Positions 33,825-48,400 of a DNA stretch of 64,000 bases are shown here, one piece after another (positions within the stretch are counted from its first letter, which is position 1; each line of letters begins with the position of its first letter). Origin of the DNA: Hormiphora californensis. Taxonomy: Eukaryota; Animalia; Ctenophora. The DNA lies in assembly GCA_020137815.1 (NCBI GenBank), contig CM035351.1, positions 4,030,001 through 4,094,000 on the forward strand. Direction: 5' to 3'. The position numbers were made by a program, and so were the translations under genes. The notes below the pieces were generated by a model. The model saw nothing but the letters and a program-made list of their open reading frames with translations. It searched no databases and was not told where the DNA came from.

Positions 33825-35755
33825 TCAACCCGTCCACTCAGAGGGAGCCAGTGTTTTCTGTGAGAATGCGTGAATTCCAGGGATCTCATCCTTCAACGCT
33901 GCATGGACCGCTTTGTGTCGTTTCAGCCGGGACATCCCCGTGAACTGATCCGAGACTATGACCACGGAGATCTTTGCTCCACAACCATCACTCTCGTCTT
34001 CTACCGTCTGAAAAGGGGGGGGGGTGGTGTAGAGGATACTCTGAGATGGGGTACCGAGGGGAAGGTACACAAGTGAGTAAGGAGTTACATAGCACGTCAA
34101 GCACAGAGGAGAGTTGCAGGAAATATTTTAGGGTGGGAGATATGGGCGTTACATAGCAATAAGATCAGGGCAGGGGGAGTTACATTTGGCAGAACAGGAT
34201 AAAACAGGTAGCCACATTTGATCAAACGAAGGGAGGGGAAATAATACACAACACTCGGTGGGGAGACAATACACTAGGGGGGGGGAAGATGATGTATACA
34301 TATCATGTTACTCACACCGGTACACACTACGCACACGTGTGTCCCAGATTCTGAAACACCAAAAAGCAGTCCAACATAGGTATCTTCACTCGACTGCTAT
34401 AGCATACAATATAATATACATCAGAGACACATAAAACAAACAAACATAAAACATCCAAGTTATACATAGGTGTTACTTGAACCTGACGTAGTGACAAGTG
34501 ACTCAAGGCGTAACTGTAGTAGTGGTACCCTTCGTGGGAAGCAGAGTCACCCCACGAAGGGTACCACCCAACTAAGTACCACATTGCAGTGCAACACCAT
34601 GACTTGTTGGCAGAGGCTAGATGCGTTGAGAGTTATAGTCAACCCCCATCGACAACAACCACCCCAGTAGGAAACTTCCATCATCCTGTGATCCGGGATA
34701 CCAGCCAAAATTTGGTCGGAACTCGGAGAAATGATTTGAGAATAATTTGAAACTTGCCATGCCCAAATATGGGTCATATTTATGATCCAGGGTGATTGTG
34801 TTGATAAAATTTTAAAACTTGTCGGGCGCCATGATTTGGTACTGTGCAAAGTGCACATTGTCAGTGTGTCGCTTGACAAGCCGTTTTCCGCGCGCTCAGA
34901 TCATGATCCGGAGGAAACTTTTGTGATCTCGATCACAAATTTGATACTAGGATACCAGCCGGCGGCTGGTAGATCTTGATCCCGCACGGCTGGTCCGCGC
35001 GCTCCAAATAGGATCCCCTGAATTGCCAATTTAACAGTGCTCGGTTAGCTCAGTTGGTAGAGCACGAGACTCTTAATCTCGGGGTCGCGGGTTCGAGCCC
35101 TGGGTTTAAATCTGACCTACTGACATTTTTTCACAAAAAGTTTTGGAAATTAATTTTTCTTATGACATAATCTTCTCTCCCTTTTTCTCTCTACTTTATT
35201 TCTCTCTCTCACACACATAATGATGATTTAACACATAATGATGATTTAACACATTTTTCCCCTGCCTTGGTGAATTCATGCCCGAAGGATGTTTTTAGCA
35301 CCAATACCAAATGATACCAAATGTATTGGTTACCATACCAACCACACTGGATACCATAGAAATCAGTCAAACATGCTCTTTGGGCACCAAATTCACCAGG
35401 AAATCCAATTTTGAAGTGTATTCATCAATTTTTCACCCAATTGTGGCAGAGAAACCTCGCATTATGAATACATAATGCAATAATTCTTGTTACCCTAAAC
35501 TTTGGGGCTCCGCAAGACCTTTTCAAAACCAACCAAAAAGAAGAAAAAAACCAGCCAAATTTTCTAGAAATTCAGATACCAGCCGATTCTTGGAAGTTTC
35601 CTACTGGGACAACCACATCGATTTAACTGCTCATCTCACTCTTCAAGTTGTAACACCACGTGGATGGCTATTGGATAGATGCGTTAAGTACTCACCAAAT
35701 GAGCCGGACTAAAAGCTTCCTTCAGCTTCGTTTCAACAGTGGCTGCAGTTGACAT
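33825..35755 (-). CDS. BOLA2: BolA-family protein, 2 exons
   Basis: MSTAATVETKLKEAFSPAHL|TVEDESDGCGAK..VSDQFTG..RHKAVH..IHAFSQKT; paralogue assignment is tentative. Confidence 0.85.
35039..35105 (+). pseudogene. tRNA-Lys(CTT) pseudogene or tRNA-derived SINE head
   Basis: A box TAGCTCAGTTGG, anticodon arm GAGA-CTCTTAA-TCTC, B box GGTTCGAGCCC; the 3' half of the T stem and acceptor stem is missing or degenerate. Confidence 0.75.
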
Positions 35756-35947
35756 TTCGCTACACGTGGAGAGGACGGATAGATATATACAGCTGATTAA
35801 TCGAGAGAGATACATATGATAGATCCGATATAAAATATCTGATAAAATTGTGATATGTATTATAAAGGGGTAAAGTACTAAATCCGGGCTGAAAAATTAT
35901 TAATCAGTGGGGTAGTCAGTGGTAAAACATCCTTGGGATGATAAAAT

Positions 35948-36163
35948 TTAGTGTAACTGAAATCCATCCCGCTCCAGTGCTGCCCTCAGTAGGGTATGTG
36001 CAATGTATTTTATCCGGGCTGAAGACAAGGCCTCCCAATCGTTTCTATAGGATATTCTGTAGCAGTGGGAAAACAGACCTTTCTCTTTGTTGTGGTATAT
36101 CTCTTTCTTCACTATCTAAACAGAGTGAGAGGTCAGGGAAAGAAAGAGAGATAGGGAGAGAGA

Positions 36164-36215
<52 letters not shown>

Positions 36216-36255
36216 GGGAGGGAGAGAAGAGGAGGGGAGAGAGAGAGAGAGGAAA

Positions 36256-36295
<40 letters not shown>

Positions 36296-38487
36296 AGGAG
36301 GGGGGGAGAGAGAGGAGAAAAAGAGAGAGGAGAGAGAGAAAAGAGCAGAGAGGGAGAGAGAGAGAGAGAGAGGAGGAGAGAGAAGAGAGAGGGAGAGAGG
36401 AGAGAGAGAGGAGAGCGGGGAGAAGAAGAGGGAGAGAGAAAGGGGAAAAAGGGCGAAGGAGGGGAAAGAAGAGTGGGGGGAAGGGAAGGCGAGGAATAGA
36501 GGAAAGGGAGGGAGCGAGGGGAGAAGGGGGGGAAACGGAGAGAGAAGGAAGACGGGCACGGGAGGGAGGAAAAAGAAGAGACAGAGGGGAGGGGAGAGGG
36601 GGAGAAACAGGAGAGGGAGGGAGGAAGGAGAGAAAACAAGAGATTTAAGAGGCAAGTGGCCCCCTCGCCACAGAAGCAACATAAAAAGTTTGAATTAAAT
36701 GCAGGTTCCTATAATAATACCTTGTGTAGATTTAGTCCGACTGTGTTGAGAACGGTAGGAATGATATTGGGACTTGTATCTGCTGATTTAGTATACATTG
36801 ACACGTCATGGTGATCCTCAATCGGGTACAGCACTCTCTCCTGCGATGGAGTGGCCGTGTATTAATAGAAGCACTACAGATTTTATAGGTTAATAGTGCA
36901 GTTGGGGGAGCTCTTGTTGTGTTCTAACCCTCCGGAGCGCGGTGAGAGAGGGTCGAGGAAGGCATCGAGCTCCTCCCCCCTGTACTGTCCATAAACTAGA
37001 CAGACTGAGGAAGCTAATCCCCTTTCAGTTGATTAATGTGTATCAAAGTGTAGGGGTGAGTAATATAATGTATTATAATCCCTAATTACTATACTGTTGT
37101 AAAACACACCGGGAACACACATAGACTCTATGTCATAGAGTTAGATCTGCAATACACCTCAATACACGGGTGCAGTTCTACAACAAACCTGTATATGAGA
37201 TACAGTGTATCCCACTACCGGATACAGATTTGTACACAATACATGTATGTAGCAAACAGACTTTATGGTGTCGTGATTTTCAACCCAGTTTCGCCAGTCG
37301 CCACAGTTTCTAATACATTGAAATATGTACACATGTACAATATGTATGGTAGAAACCCTACCTTGTAGCTGGAGGGAAAGAATATGTCCTTGGTACACTC
37401 GACTCCAAAGTGCTCCGAAACCTCCAAATGTAGGGGTTGTGTTAGCCGGCGGCGTTTTCCCGTGGGCGTTAGGTTGAGGGAGAACAACTCACTAAAACTC
37501 CCCTGGTCTGTATCAATAATGGGTCTGGCAAACACATTCTCTATCTCCCCCGGGTCCAGATACTCCGCAAGACGACTGTCCTCTCTCAATAGTTCCATAG
37601 AACTGAGGTAAAGGAAGATAATTATCGAATACAAATTACAAGTTCTAAAATAAGGAAATGTACAACTTACATCTGCGGGCGACGAACAAATATGTGGCGG
37701 AGTCCTTTCTGGCATTTGAAACCCTTTTTAGATCCCCGATACCCCGTCAAATTGTATGAAGCTGTATCAAACTCCTCAACTCTACAAATATAATGTAAAA
37801 GTGAGTTACAGTGCGGTCCATTGCATTTTCAATTAAAATACAAAACTCCTTACCTTATAAGGACAAATCCAGCGTTAGTGGCAGCCTCCCTTATTTGCCA
37901 AGTGTTCCCTTTATCCCTGTGCCTCTCTCCGTCCGCAGGGGTACCTCCTTGTCCCGGTAACAAGGCTATGTGAACCTATGCAATATACTATTAAGTGGTT
38001 TAATGAGATGGCAACTGTACAATTGTATTTACCTCGCCAGAAGCAATGGAGGCAACCGATTGAAATAAGTTGGTCAGTAGTGCTCTGTTTTCATGAATCT
38101 TGCTCTTCCCTCCCGTGTGCGGGAAGTTGAATATAACTTTATCAAATTTCTCAGTTAGCAAGCAATCAGGAAGATTAGTTACGTCAACTTCAAATAGGAC
38201 ACTGGCTCCGGCTGAATTTAGCTCTGAGATTTTATCATTAATGCCTGTAAAATAATTCGGGTATAAGTTAAACTATCAGGGATTGTAAAAAGTAAATTAC
38301 CTGCCCCATAGGTGTCAACTAGGGCTTCCAAAGAAAGGTAAACAGTGCTGGTCAAACGGACAGGACTATTTTGCTTGGCAAATTCCACCGAAAAAGAGAG
38401 ATCTCCATCTCCAAAGATGATAATTTTCTCCTGAGATTTCGGTGTGCTATCCAAGGAAGTAATTGGCACTGCTTTATCTTGTAACAT
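35948..38487 (-). CDS. FDXACB1: Ferredoxin-fold anticodon-binding domain protein 1 (DUF2431/Bmt5-like N-terminus)
   Basis: IIIFGDGDLSFS; FDKVIFNFPHTGGK; LLPGQGGTPAD..NTWQI; TGYRGSKKGF; HDVS; CYRISYR. Confidence 0.82.
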
Positions 38488-38911
38488 AGAGATAGAAAGC
38501 TCCGAAAATGATCTAAAAAGGTTTTCCAAAAATGTAAAAAACACGAACGTTAAAAAAGTTAAACATGGAATTTGCGAATATTCGTGAAATTTGTGTTTAT
38601 TTTGCGTAAACGCGGCGCGTTCTTTCTTTGCGCGGTTAATTACTGACGCGCGAGATTCTTCGCGCATTATCGCGAGGCGTAACTTATGTCGTCGCGCCCT
38701 CCAACACAGTTCGATCTTTGTGCGTCACAGAGATTTTTGGCAACCTCCATCCGTACGGTTTCGTGTACAAGATTAAAAAAACGACAAAGAAATTTTAGCG
38801 GTTATAACTAGGATAAGAAAAACAGTTACAGCCTTGATAAAATAATTTGTCACATTGTGGAAGAAAACGCTCTGTAGTGTCTTTATTATTCAGTCCAATT
38901 GTGTAACAAGA

Positions 38912-39544
38912 TCACGTCGCTGCCTCTCCCTTTGCTGCATCTCCTTTCTGTGCCATATAACTATCCAGCTGGCTGTCTAGATACCCCTTACTCTGGGACA
39001 TATACTTTTCCAACTCGTTATCCAAAGAATCCTTGTTTAGTTCGGGTTTCTTTCCCTTGTCAGCTCCCGCTGCTCCCTTTGCCCCTCCCCTCGCCCCTCC
39101 CCTGCCCCTGGCTGAGGCACCTCCCCTTCCAACAGTGGCAGCACCTCTAGATGGTCCTCCTCCGGAGTTCCTGACTCCTCCCCGGCCCCTTCCTCGAGCT
39201 GCAGGGGCCGCTTTAGCTGCAGCTGCCCGTGCAGCAGCCACCTTCGATATACCTACAGAGAGAAATAATAACTAGTAAATCATAGGAATTACAAAATCTG
39301 TGGTAACCGGCCTGATTTTAATATCATCCAATATGGGATATAACAACATATCTTATCTTTGATAGTTCATTGTTGCAACCTCACCTCCTCTGCTGGGTCC
39401 TGGGCCACCACCACCTGCTGATCGTCTCTGCATGGTGCTGTATTTCTGGGTGAGTCTCTTGGCACCAAGCCTGGATTGGGCACTTGCCATTCTCCCACCA
39501 CCAAGACGAGCCTGATTGAGTGAAGGGTGTAATGGTTAGTGGGT

Positions 39545-39602
<58 letters not shown>

Positions 39603-42600
39603 GGTAGTTATTAGGGAAACAACACCACTTGATGGTACTTGTAACACAACTAGTTAGTTGCATCAACATTCTCTCAGTGCGCCCCAGGCTAGGGGGTAGG
39701 AACAGCCAACAACTAGTTAGTAGTTAATATCTCCTACTTCTCAACTAAAAAAACCTCACCTTAGCTGATGGTTTGGGTGGGGTGTACACTTGAGCGGTTG
39801 CCATGGGGATAGGTGCGGGTATTGTCATCTGCTGTAGACTCTTGCTCATCATCTGCAGGGTATTCTTCTCCAGGGCTTGTAACTTCCTCTGGTGGTCTCG
39901 GATCTCCTCTCGAATCAGGGTGTCCCGAGAGGGTCGTGGTGGTGATGGAGGAGGCAGCTTCATTATCTTACGGAACCTGAGGATGGATGTGTAACATTTA
40001 AATAAACTGATAATTAAATGAATAATAATAATAATACTCAAACTTATATCCTGCCCATATTCTACAGGGACAGCAGAGCTTTACAGATGCTGCCACTGAA
40101 AGAAACTCAGAGCAGTTAACTAACACTCGACCCAATTTAATAGACAACTAAAAAAACGGTGGAAAATCCAAATTATCCGGCTCACATATGTGGGAAAACA
40201 GATTAGGCTCATAACAGACAAAATTAGAAAAAAACTCGAAAAAGGCCACAGGTTAATTGTCACCACTGTCACTTGATCACTCCATATATATAGACACAGA
40301 TGAAATGTTCAGAGAACAGATTCTGAAACAACTGGGAAAACTGAAAAACGGAAAAATATTACACACTCGTGCTTCACTCATGCTGCAAACTCAAAGAATA
40401 AAGCTAAGTTAAAAACTTGTCACGAGGTAAGATACAGACCTAAGTACAATACTTACGCTAGACAGTACAGCGTGATGGGAGGAGTACAGGTACCTGAGAA
40501 AAAGAAGTAGGCTGGAATAAAGGAGAAAACAACCGGAACTAGCCTGATCCAAAGGCATCCACAAACAATCTTGTCTTTAAACCCGTTTTGAAAGATTCCG
40601 CAGTAGGCCGAGATCGCAACTCAAGGGGGAGTGCATTCCACAGATCTGGCAGGAGAACAGATGGTCTCCTTTTCCTCAGTTTAGAATTGGCATTAATGCT
40701 CGACAGCTTCGGGTACTGGAGCTTATAAGGGTCTGGAACAGCAGTCGATCTGGTACGGCAAGTAACATCAACGATATCTGTAGGTATTTGCTCGATGAGG
40801 TAATCTGGAGCACTTCCATGTACAATCTTATAGGCCATGAGACAGGCCTTAAAGATCACTCGTTGCTCCACAGGAAGAATGTGGGTTTCTCTCATGTAAG
40901 GGAGGTAGTCCTCTTGATGACCGTGGAGTCCATAGATAAACCTTATACAAGAGTTGATCACTTTCTGTAAACGAGAGATGAGCTTCATTGGCAAACCTCC
41001 GTAGAGGACATTGCAGTAATCCAAGCGGGATATAACCAGCTGCTTAACAAGAAGGATTCTGGTAGAGAAGTCTAAGCATCGGTGGACCTGCCACAAATTC
41101 CTCAGTAACATTCCACAGTTTCTTTTGACACTGTTCACCTGACGTTCCAATGTCAAGTTCTCATCCATATAAATACCCAGAGTCTTTCCGGTAGTACCTG
41201 TGAAGTCAACTGGGTAGATATCTGCATCTCCAAACCTAATACAGGGCTCAAAAGAAGGAGCTCCGTCTTCGACTCATTACATTTCAGCCAATGCTGAACC
41301 ATCCAAATCTTGATCTGATCAAGACACTCTTCTACTTTCCTCCTTGTGATATTCCATCCATTTTCATCAAGAGGGACTAGACTTACATATATTTGAGAGT
41401 CATCTGCATAGAGCTTGATTTTGAGTCCATATTTGTTTACCAGATCCTGTAGTTCCTCAACATATAAAAGAAACAAAACCGGTCCAAGAAGGGACCCTTG
41501 GGGCACTCCACAAATGAGGTAGATAATCTTCGAAAGTTCTCCTCTGACGTTGACTCTGAAATTCCTCGATCCAAGATAGCTAGTAAACCACTTGAGAGCT
41601 GTTCCTCTTATTCCAAATCTCCTCCTCAAAACATCCACAAGTTTAGCATGGTCAACCGTGTCAAACGCTGCACTCATGTCCAACAGGAGTAGAGCTACAA
41701 CGTTTCCCTTATCCATCTCCTGCAGTAGATCATCAAACATCCCCATGAGTAGAGTTTCACAGGAATGACCAACTCTATATCCTGACTGGTGAGAGTTGAG
41801 TAGGTCATTTTCATTCAAAGCCTGATTCAGTTGATCAAGGACAACTTTCTCTAGAACCTTAGAGACAAAGGGAAGGTTAGATACAGGACGGTAGTTGGAA
41901 AGGCTATCTCGATCACCATAAGGGTTCTTGATGGTTGGAAAAACCAGTGCTTGCTGGAACAATTCTGGAACAATACCTTGCCGGATAGAAGAATTGATAA
42001 TCTTAGTAAGAGTGGGGCAAAAACTTCCACACACTCTTTGATCAACCATGTCGGTATAAGATCAAGATCACATGTTTTATCAGACATGTTCTTAATGATC
42101 TTCTTCATCTCATCCTCAGAGACTTCCCTAAATTCCTCAAGAATACAATCCTTATTCAGGTCCACACAAGAGTCCACTTCCTCCACAGGAGAGTCCACAT
42201 CTGCTTTCACTGAGTTCCTGATTTTTTCCACTTTTCCAGCAAAGAAGTCCGCAAAATCCTCGGCTAGTTTACGATCACAATCCACATCTGGCAACACTAC
42301 CTCACTGTTTCCAAGTAGGCGGTTTAGTTTCCTCTGTAACGTCTTGGAATCCCCTTTTGATTCTTCAAGATCTTCTTTCAGATAGTTAGTCCTCGCTTCC
42401 TTATCAACTCTACTAAACATCTTCTTCATCACGTTATACTGCATCTTCGTAACAGGCGTCTTCTTGCTTCTCCAAGCTCTCTCCGCAGCCCGACGTCTTC
42501 TTAGTGCATCCCTGACATCATCATTGTCTCATCACGGGCGAACCTTTTTCACTTTCTTTCTTCTCTTCAAAAGGACAAAACTACCTACTAACTCCTTCAG

Positions 42601-45157
42601 TTCTCTTTCATAGATCTTGAACAAATCATCTGGGGAATCCAATTCAAACCGCCCCTCAAGGCCTCTTCCTCTGAGGGCCTTCATGAACAATACCGGGTCC
42701 ACTGATTTAAAGTCTCTGTAGGTGTTAACTCGATCCCGTTGCTGTAGGTTTCCAACCTTAGTCTCCAGTACGACTTCACTCAGGACAAGAAAATGATCAG
42801 ACTCTGTTCCCTCAGGATGTATTTCCACAGATTTAACTTTCTCCTCTACCTCCTTTGGACATATAACCAGGTCAAGAGTACCTCCACGATTGTGTGTTGG
42901 TTGCCTGGGGACAAGCTGAGAAAACTCATGTGAGTCTAGGAGTTCAGCAAGCTTCTTAGTGTAGAAGTTGTCCCTATCCTGCCATTGAAAGTTAAAGTCT
43001 CCCATAATAAGGGGAAGACCAGTCTTCAATACTAGCTCTGAGAGATAGTCTGTAAATTCCTCTAGAAACTTCGCTTCAGTGAACCTAGCTTTACCGGTAT
43101 AGGGCGGTCTGTAAACATTACATATCCGAGTAAGGTCCATTCCATTGCCAATTAAAATCTCCTGAATCTGGAACGATCGAAATTTCCGCACTGGTGATAG
43201 TTTCATCTTCACTCCATCCCTGTAGAGTATCCCAATACCCCCTCCTGCCCTCTCCGCTCTGGGGGATGAGAAAATATTCCAGCCATAGTCTCTTATCTCC
43301 TGAAGTTTAGCAGTATCACTAGTCTTCAAGTAGGTTTCCTGAATCAGACAGATATCACATTCCATGTCTTCAAGATGCGCTATAACCCCAGACGTTTTAT
43401 TCATTATCGAGTGTACATTTAGTGTGCCAACACGCCACGTCTCTTTACCTTCAGCTCCTCCCACGCCCTCGTCAGATAAGCGTTTTTTCTCTCCTTACTG
43501 ACACCACTTGTGTTTTCCATCAGTCTTCCTCGAGCATTAACATAATGCGGACACAAGTTACTTGATGCTGGATGGGATTTCGCATACTTCTTGTCATCCT
43601 TACTACCTCCAACATCACAGTTTACACACTTCATCCGATTGAGTTCATTCCCACTCTTCGCCCTACACTGTCTGGTGTCATGATCTCCTGCACAGAATGC
43701 GCATGTGGCGCTTTTATCTTTACTAGGACAATAGACAGATCCAGCTACGTGTCCATAACGCTGACAGTGGAAACACTGAGTAACGTAGAATCTGTCTTTC
43801 ACAATGTGCTGTCTTAATTTCAGGAAAATCCTATCTCGATTATCCGCAATGGCCTCTCGAACCTCAGGTGTAACCTTGAGCACCGCATACCTCCCAGCAG
43901 TGTTAACATGAATGACACTGACAGCATGCCCAGACTCATGTAGCCTCTTCACCACTTCATTCTTATCACTCAAGATAGCGTCCAGTAGCACTTCTTTGTT
44001 CAGCAGGTCATGATCCAGATCAGAAATCATTAGCCGGGGGTCCATCTTCTTCTGCTTCTCAACAAACGGAGTAACATCCAGAAACGGGGACAGCACTTTC
44101 TCTGCCTCTTTGAGGTCATCATCAGTTGCAAAAAACAACTGAGTACCCTTTCTGTTCACCGACGTGTCCAAGACAGGGATGTTCTTCAGAGCTTTCACAA
44201 CCTTCGGTTTCACTACCATTTTCCACTTCTCCTCACACATCGGAGTCACTCCTTCCTCATTGCTGTCTTTGATGCTCATATACCGTTTCACAGGGGTAGC
44301 TGGAGCAGGCTTCTTCTCTTGCTGACCAGAACTACACGCTACTTCACTCTCCTCTCGGTTCTTCTTCAATATCTCATTAACTACTGGGGCCATGAGTCCA
44401 GGCAGGCTATCCATCAACTCTTGCTTCAGTTTTGAGAAACCATCCTTCAGATCATCACTCGAAAACGAGACTCCAGAATCAGACGATGGTGTAGGACACC
44501 GGGAACTATCCGGAAGCATCCGGTAACACATAATCAACATCTGCCAAAGATCCTTCTTCGTAGGTCCACCTGGAGCATCCATAGGCTCACCCGGGGTACC
44601 AGCATCCTCCTCCAATTTTTTCCACACTGTACTGCCTTTACATTTGTCAGAGAAGCTCGTGACAAGGAGCTTACCTTCGAAGTCCTTCTTCGTTCCACTT
44701 TCATACTGGGGTGCCAATCCCGACATTCTATATCCTGTAACAGTGGCGCGAGGATCCGATCCACCAAGATTTGGCTTCCTGGATTTGGCTCAACGAGGTC
44801 TCCCAAGATCTGCTCAACTTAGAAAGAGACAGGAACACCAGGCTTGTCTTGTCTTGAGATAAGAGGGATTGAGCAGAAGTCTTAGAAGAGTAACGAGGAG
44901 CAGTTGAACGGAACCTCAAATTAATTTGTTTAAAGTAGTGTTGAAAAGTTTGAATGGAAATAATTCAGCGGGAAGAAAGATGTGATGAGGAGACTGAACA
45001 AGTTACACTGTGCTGACAAGTCCAGAGGTAACCAGTGGTAACCAGCGGTAACCACTACTCAATTTTACCTGTCATTTAGACTCATGCCAGTTTGAGTTCG
45101 GAGTAGTACCTTGATGTTACTGGTACTGTCCCTATATCGAGTACTACGAGACGACAT
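38912..45157 (-). CDS. CHTOP: Chromatin target of PRMT1 (FOP); intron 1 holds LINE B
   Basis: Exon 1 ..KVLLRTQTGMSLNDR|FRK; RGG-rich middle; C-terminus SLDNELEKYMSQSKGYLDSQLDSYM. Confidence 0.85.
40021..44954 (-). mobile_element. Full-length L2/CR1-group LINE (element B), SL-like 5' end, ORF2 disrupted
   Basis: ORF1 43419-44726 intact; ORF2 fragments between 43464 and 40539 with frameshifts (~42530, ~42020) and a small deletion (~41250); (ATT)n tail 40021-40036. Confidence 0.95.
44915..44954 (-). other. Spliced-leader-like exon at the 5' end of LINE B
   Basis: Reverse complement is TTCAAACTTTTCAACACTACTTTAAACAAATTAATTTGAG, identical to 11424-11463. Confidence 0.8.
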
Positions 45158-45437
45158 GGTGTGTGCTATGGAAGGGAGGAGTTGACAATTTTTGTGGCTC
45201 ATACAGTCTTTATATTTCAAAATGAGCACACTCTGTGAGCGTTCGGTAGATCAAATAACAATATATTCGCCTGTTAAAAACAATGAGGAGACAAAATAAA
45301 GTAGATTGAATTTTGGCAGAGTTACTCAAAAAAAGCGAGCTATAAAAACAATCAATTTGTTAGTCACAAGATAAAACTTTGTCTGTCCAACTCAAAATAG
45401 GCACAGTTTTAGTTGTCAAGTTTTGATAAAAAAGGTT

Positions 45438-48400
45438 TCAAGAGTTGTTATTATGATTATTATTCCTTGAGAGGACTTGGTAGCGAAGTTGGGCGTCCAA
45501 ATCGAGTGGCAATGCTCTGCCACCATCATCACAATACACAAATGGGAGTCGTATAACAGTTATCTTATTTCCACCTGATATAATTGGGGGGGGTGTAATT
45601 AGTGTGGGCGGTAATTAGTTGTTTTAGAAACATTGCTAATTGGTACTAATTGGCCGGTCCTGGTATGCTTCATACCTAATTGGATGGGTTCTCTAGTAGT
45701 AAGGTTTATATGTCTCCCCTGGTACACTACACTGAGCTGTAGAAGAAGTTGCTCCTGTGTTGAGAATACAATCCTCATGAGCTGACCAACCATCGGCTTA
45801 CTGCGGAGAGAGGGTAAACGTAACAAAATGTGGCATTGCATGTTTGTGTGTATAACACACGGTACGGTACGGGGTACAAGATTATGTGTGTTGTGAGAGC
45901 ACAAAGTGTACTACAAACGACACACATTGGGAGGTGCTAAACACATACACACATATTGGACAATTACATGTAACGTACTTGGTATGAGAGGCGCAGTTCT
46001 GGTAAAGACTCCCCGATGGACCCCCATAAAACCTGTGTCCCCGTATACACTCGTACTCCATACCCAGGAACGACCTTCCCTTGCTCCTCCCTCCCTTCCT
46101 TCCTCCCACATCCCACGCCTGTAGATACTGACTGCCCGCCACAAAACCAGGCTGCTCCATACCCTGTGAGCTCTGGTAGGGCCCATCAAGGTGGGATACC
46201 GTCCATCTAAGAGCCGGGGAGCCGTGTACTTTACTGTGACAGCATGTCTCAGCGTGGCCCGTGTAGAAGTCAGAGTTTGCTGCTTCCAGGGTAAATGGAT
46301 CACCCCGATAGGAGAGGGTTTGGCCACAGTTGCAAGCGGAACGGAGTCGGAGCCTGTTTGTGTGGGAGCGGCCCTCATCGTGTACTGCTAACCCGCATGG
46401 GTTACCTGCGGGAGATCTTAGGTTAGGAGAACTACTCACATTTTTAGCCAATTAATTTCTGTTATTTTTGGCATTTTACCTCACAATATTTGACACACCA
46501 CCTACCAGTAAGAGAGAGAGAGAGAACCTCACACACATCACCTACCAGTAAGAGAGAGAACCTCACACACACCACCTACCAGTAAGAGAGAGAACCTCAC
46601 ACTGCACCTACCAGTAAGAGATAGAACCCCACACACCACCTACCAGTAAGAGAGAGAACCTCACAACCTCTCCTTCCATCCTCCCAGATATCAGTACAAT
46701 CTTGTGTCAGGGTGGCAACATACCGCTCCTGGGCTGGTCCCTTCACTCGTGATTTGAGAAGGTGGATGGCATGGGTCAGGTTACTGGTATGTTGTGCCAC
46801 TGTGTAATATTCAGGAAGGTTTGCTGAGTAGGCGGTGATGGCGATGGGAAGCATCTTCTTTCCTCGTCTCTCTGAGAACTCTTCCTCGACATTCAGCACC
46901 TGACCGGGAGGGGGGGGGGTTAAATTAGCTGCATAACTTAGTGATAAGAGGAATGTATTATTGAACATGGAAGGCACAACCTGTTATCTAATAAACCTGC
47001 AAAAGGATAGGGCCAAAAACCGGTTATTAATTTCCAAAAGAACACAGACGTCAGACGTCACATACAGGATTACAATTGCAACTTTTCCATAATATGGAAT
47101 ACATACATCACCACCATATAATATGGTAATTTACTCTCTCCTAGTTAATGTAACAATCTTACCATGTGGTAATTCTCTCTCCTAGTTAATTTAACAATCT
47201 CACCGCGTGGTAATTCTCTCTCTCTCCTAGTTAATGTAACAATCTCACTCATGTGGTAATGCTCTCTCCTAGTTAATGTAACAATCTCACCCCTGTTTTG
47301 CTTTCTTTACCCTAACCTTAGTAAGAGAAGATCTGTTGACAAAATCTTTGCAGTAGATATCCTGGAGTTGAATTGCCATGTCGTACCAAGCTCTCAGAGT
47401 TATCTTTGAGGTTATCTGAAACACATCATTATTTTACTTTGTCTGGTGGCTGTTGAGAAGGCGCTTGAAGAACGTCATTATTAAGAGCTAGTAAAGATAG
47501 ATATTGTTCAGATAGAGTTGTTCAGACTCACACAGTTCAGCCTCCCATGACCCATAGAGATTACCAAAAGTGAAGGAGCTGAACCACCGGAGTAACTGGC
47601 TCTCTAAACGCATACTACTAAACTCTCTTTTCCTTACCTCGGCCCACTGCCGGACATTTCTCGTGATAAACCCAGAGAGAAGCTCGTCAGGGTTGGAGGG
47701 TGTGTACTGGGGTGTAGTGGCGGATAACTGCAACACATAGAACATCCCCGTATCAACATGCCTTGCTCCTCCACTCTCAGCCGACAGCCTCGTCCTCCCT
47801 TCAACAAACAACACAAACGGCTCCTTACTCTCACCCGGCGCTGGGATACTCAACAACTCCGAGTTGAGGAGTCTACACTTTCTAAAAATGTGGTATATCT
47901 GGGTCTCCATCTCGAGGGTGAGAGTCCTGCACTGTTGCATCAGGGTAGACCTGCCCTTCTTAGTGGGAAGGTGCATACTGGCAGGGTTACTCTGGAACAC
48001 GAACAGTAGTTGGGGGCTCTGGAGGCGGGTTGCTCCCTCACCACCAGTTAGGAGGTGCCTCTGGACTGTCCGGAATAGTCGGATATAGCTGATGTCAAAT
48101 GTTTGGGAGGGATGGAAGAGGAGGACGTAATGGCAGACACTTAGTATCCACAACCACTGCTGTACTTCCTGGGATAGTGGGATATTGTTACATGAAACAT
48201 ACATGGTTAACTGAGAAATACACCATGGCAACACAGAGATACAACTGAGAAAACCGCTGGACTTACATCGACCTTCATCCTCACTGACTCATCATGATAA
48301 TCCGAGTAGGATGACTGCTCCTCTAGTAACTCCATTTGATCAGCCCTGTGGTGTCTGGGTAGGTAGAGGTACAAAATACCACTCGTACCATCGTGGTAAC

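Noticed and set aside
35039-35105. Functional tRNA-Lys
   Set aside because: The 3' T-stem and acceptor strand cannot be completed.
35938-36682. RE/LS-rich ORFs here and at 23888, 29374, 30061, 30519 and 59788
   Set aside because: They are translations of (GA)n/(TC)n microsatellites, partly low-quality sequence.
39968-39980. CHTOP exon 2 acceptor AG|GTTCCGT equals the LINE SL junction
   Set aside because: It is a 9-nt match, and LINE A has the same junction at an unrelated locus, so it is treated as coincidence.
44777-44806. 2A-like peptide GDLVEPNPGS in the LINE B 5' UTR
   Set aside because: It deviates from D(V/I)ExNPGP, has an upstream stop, is out of frame with ORF1, and is not conserved in LINE A (EDLVGLKPS).
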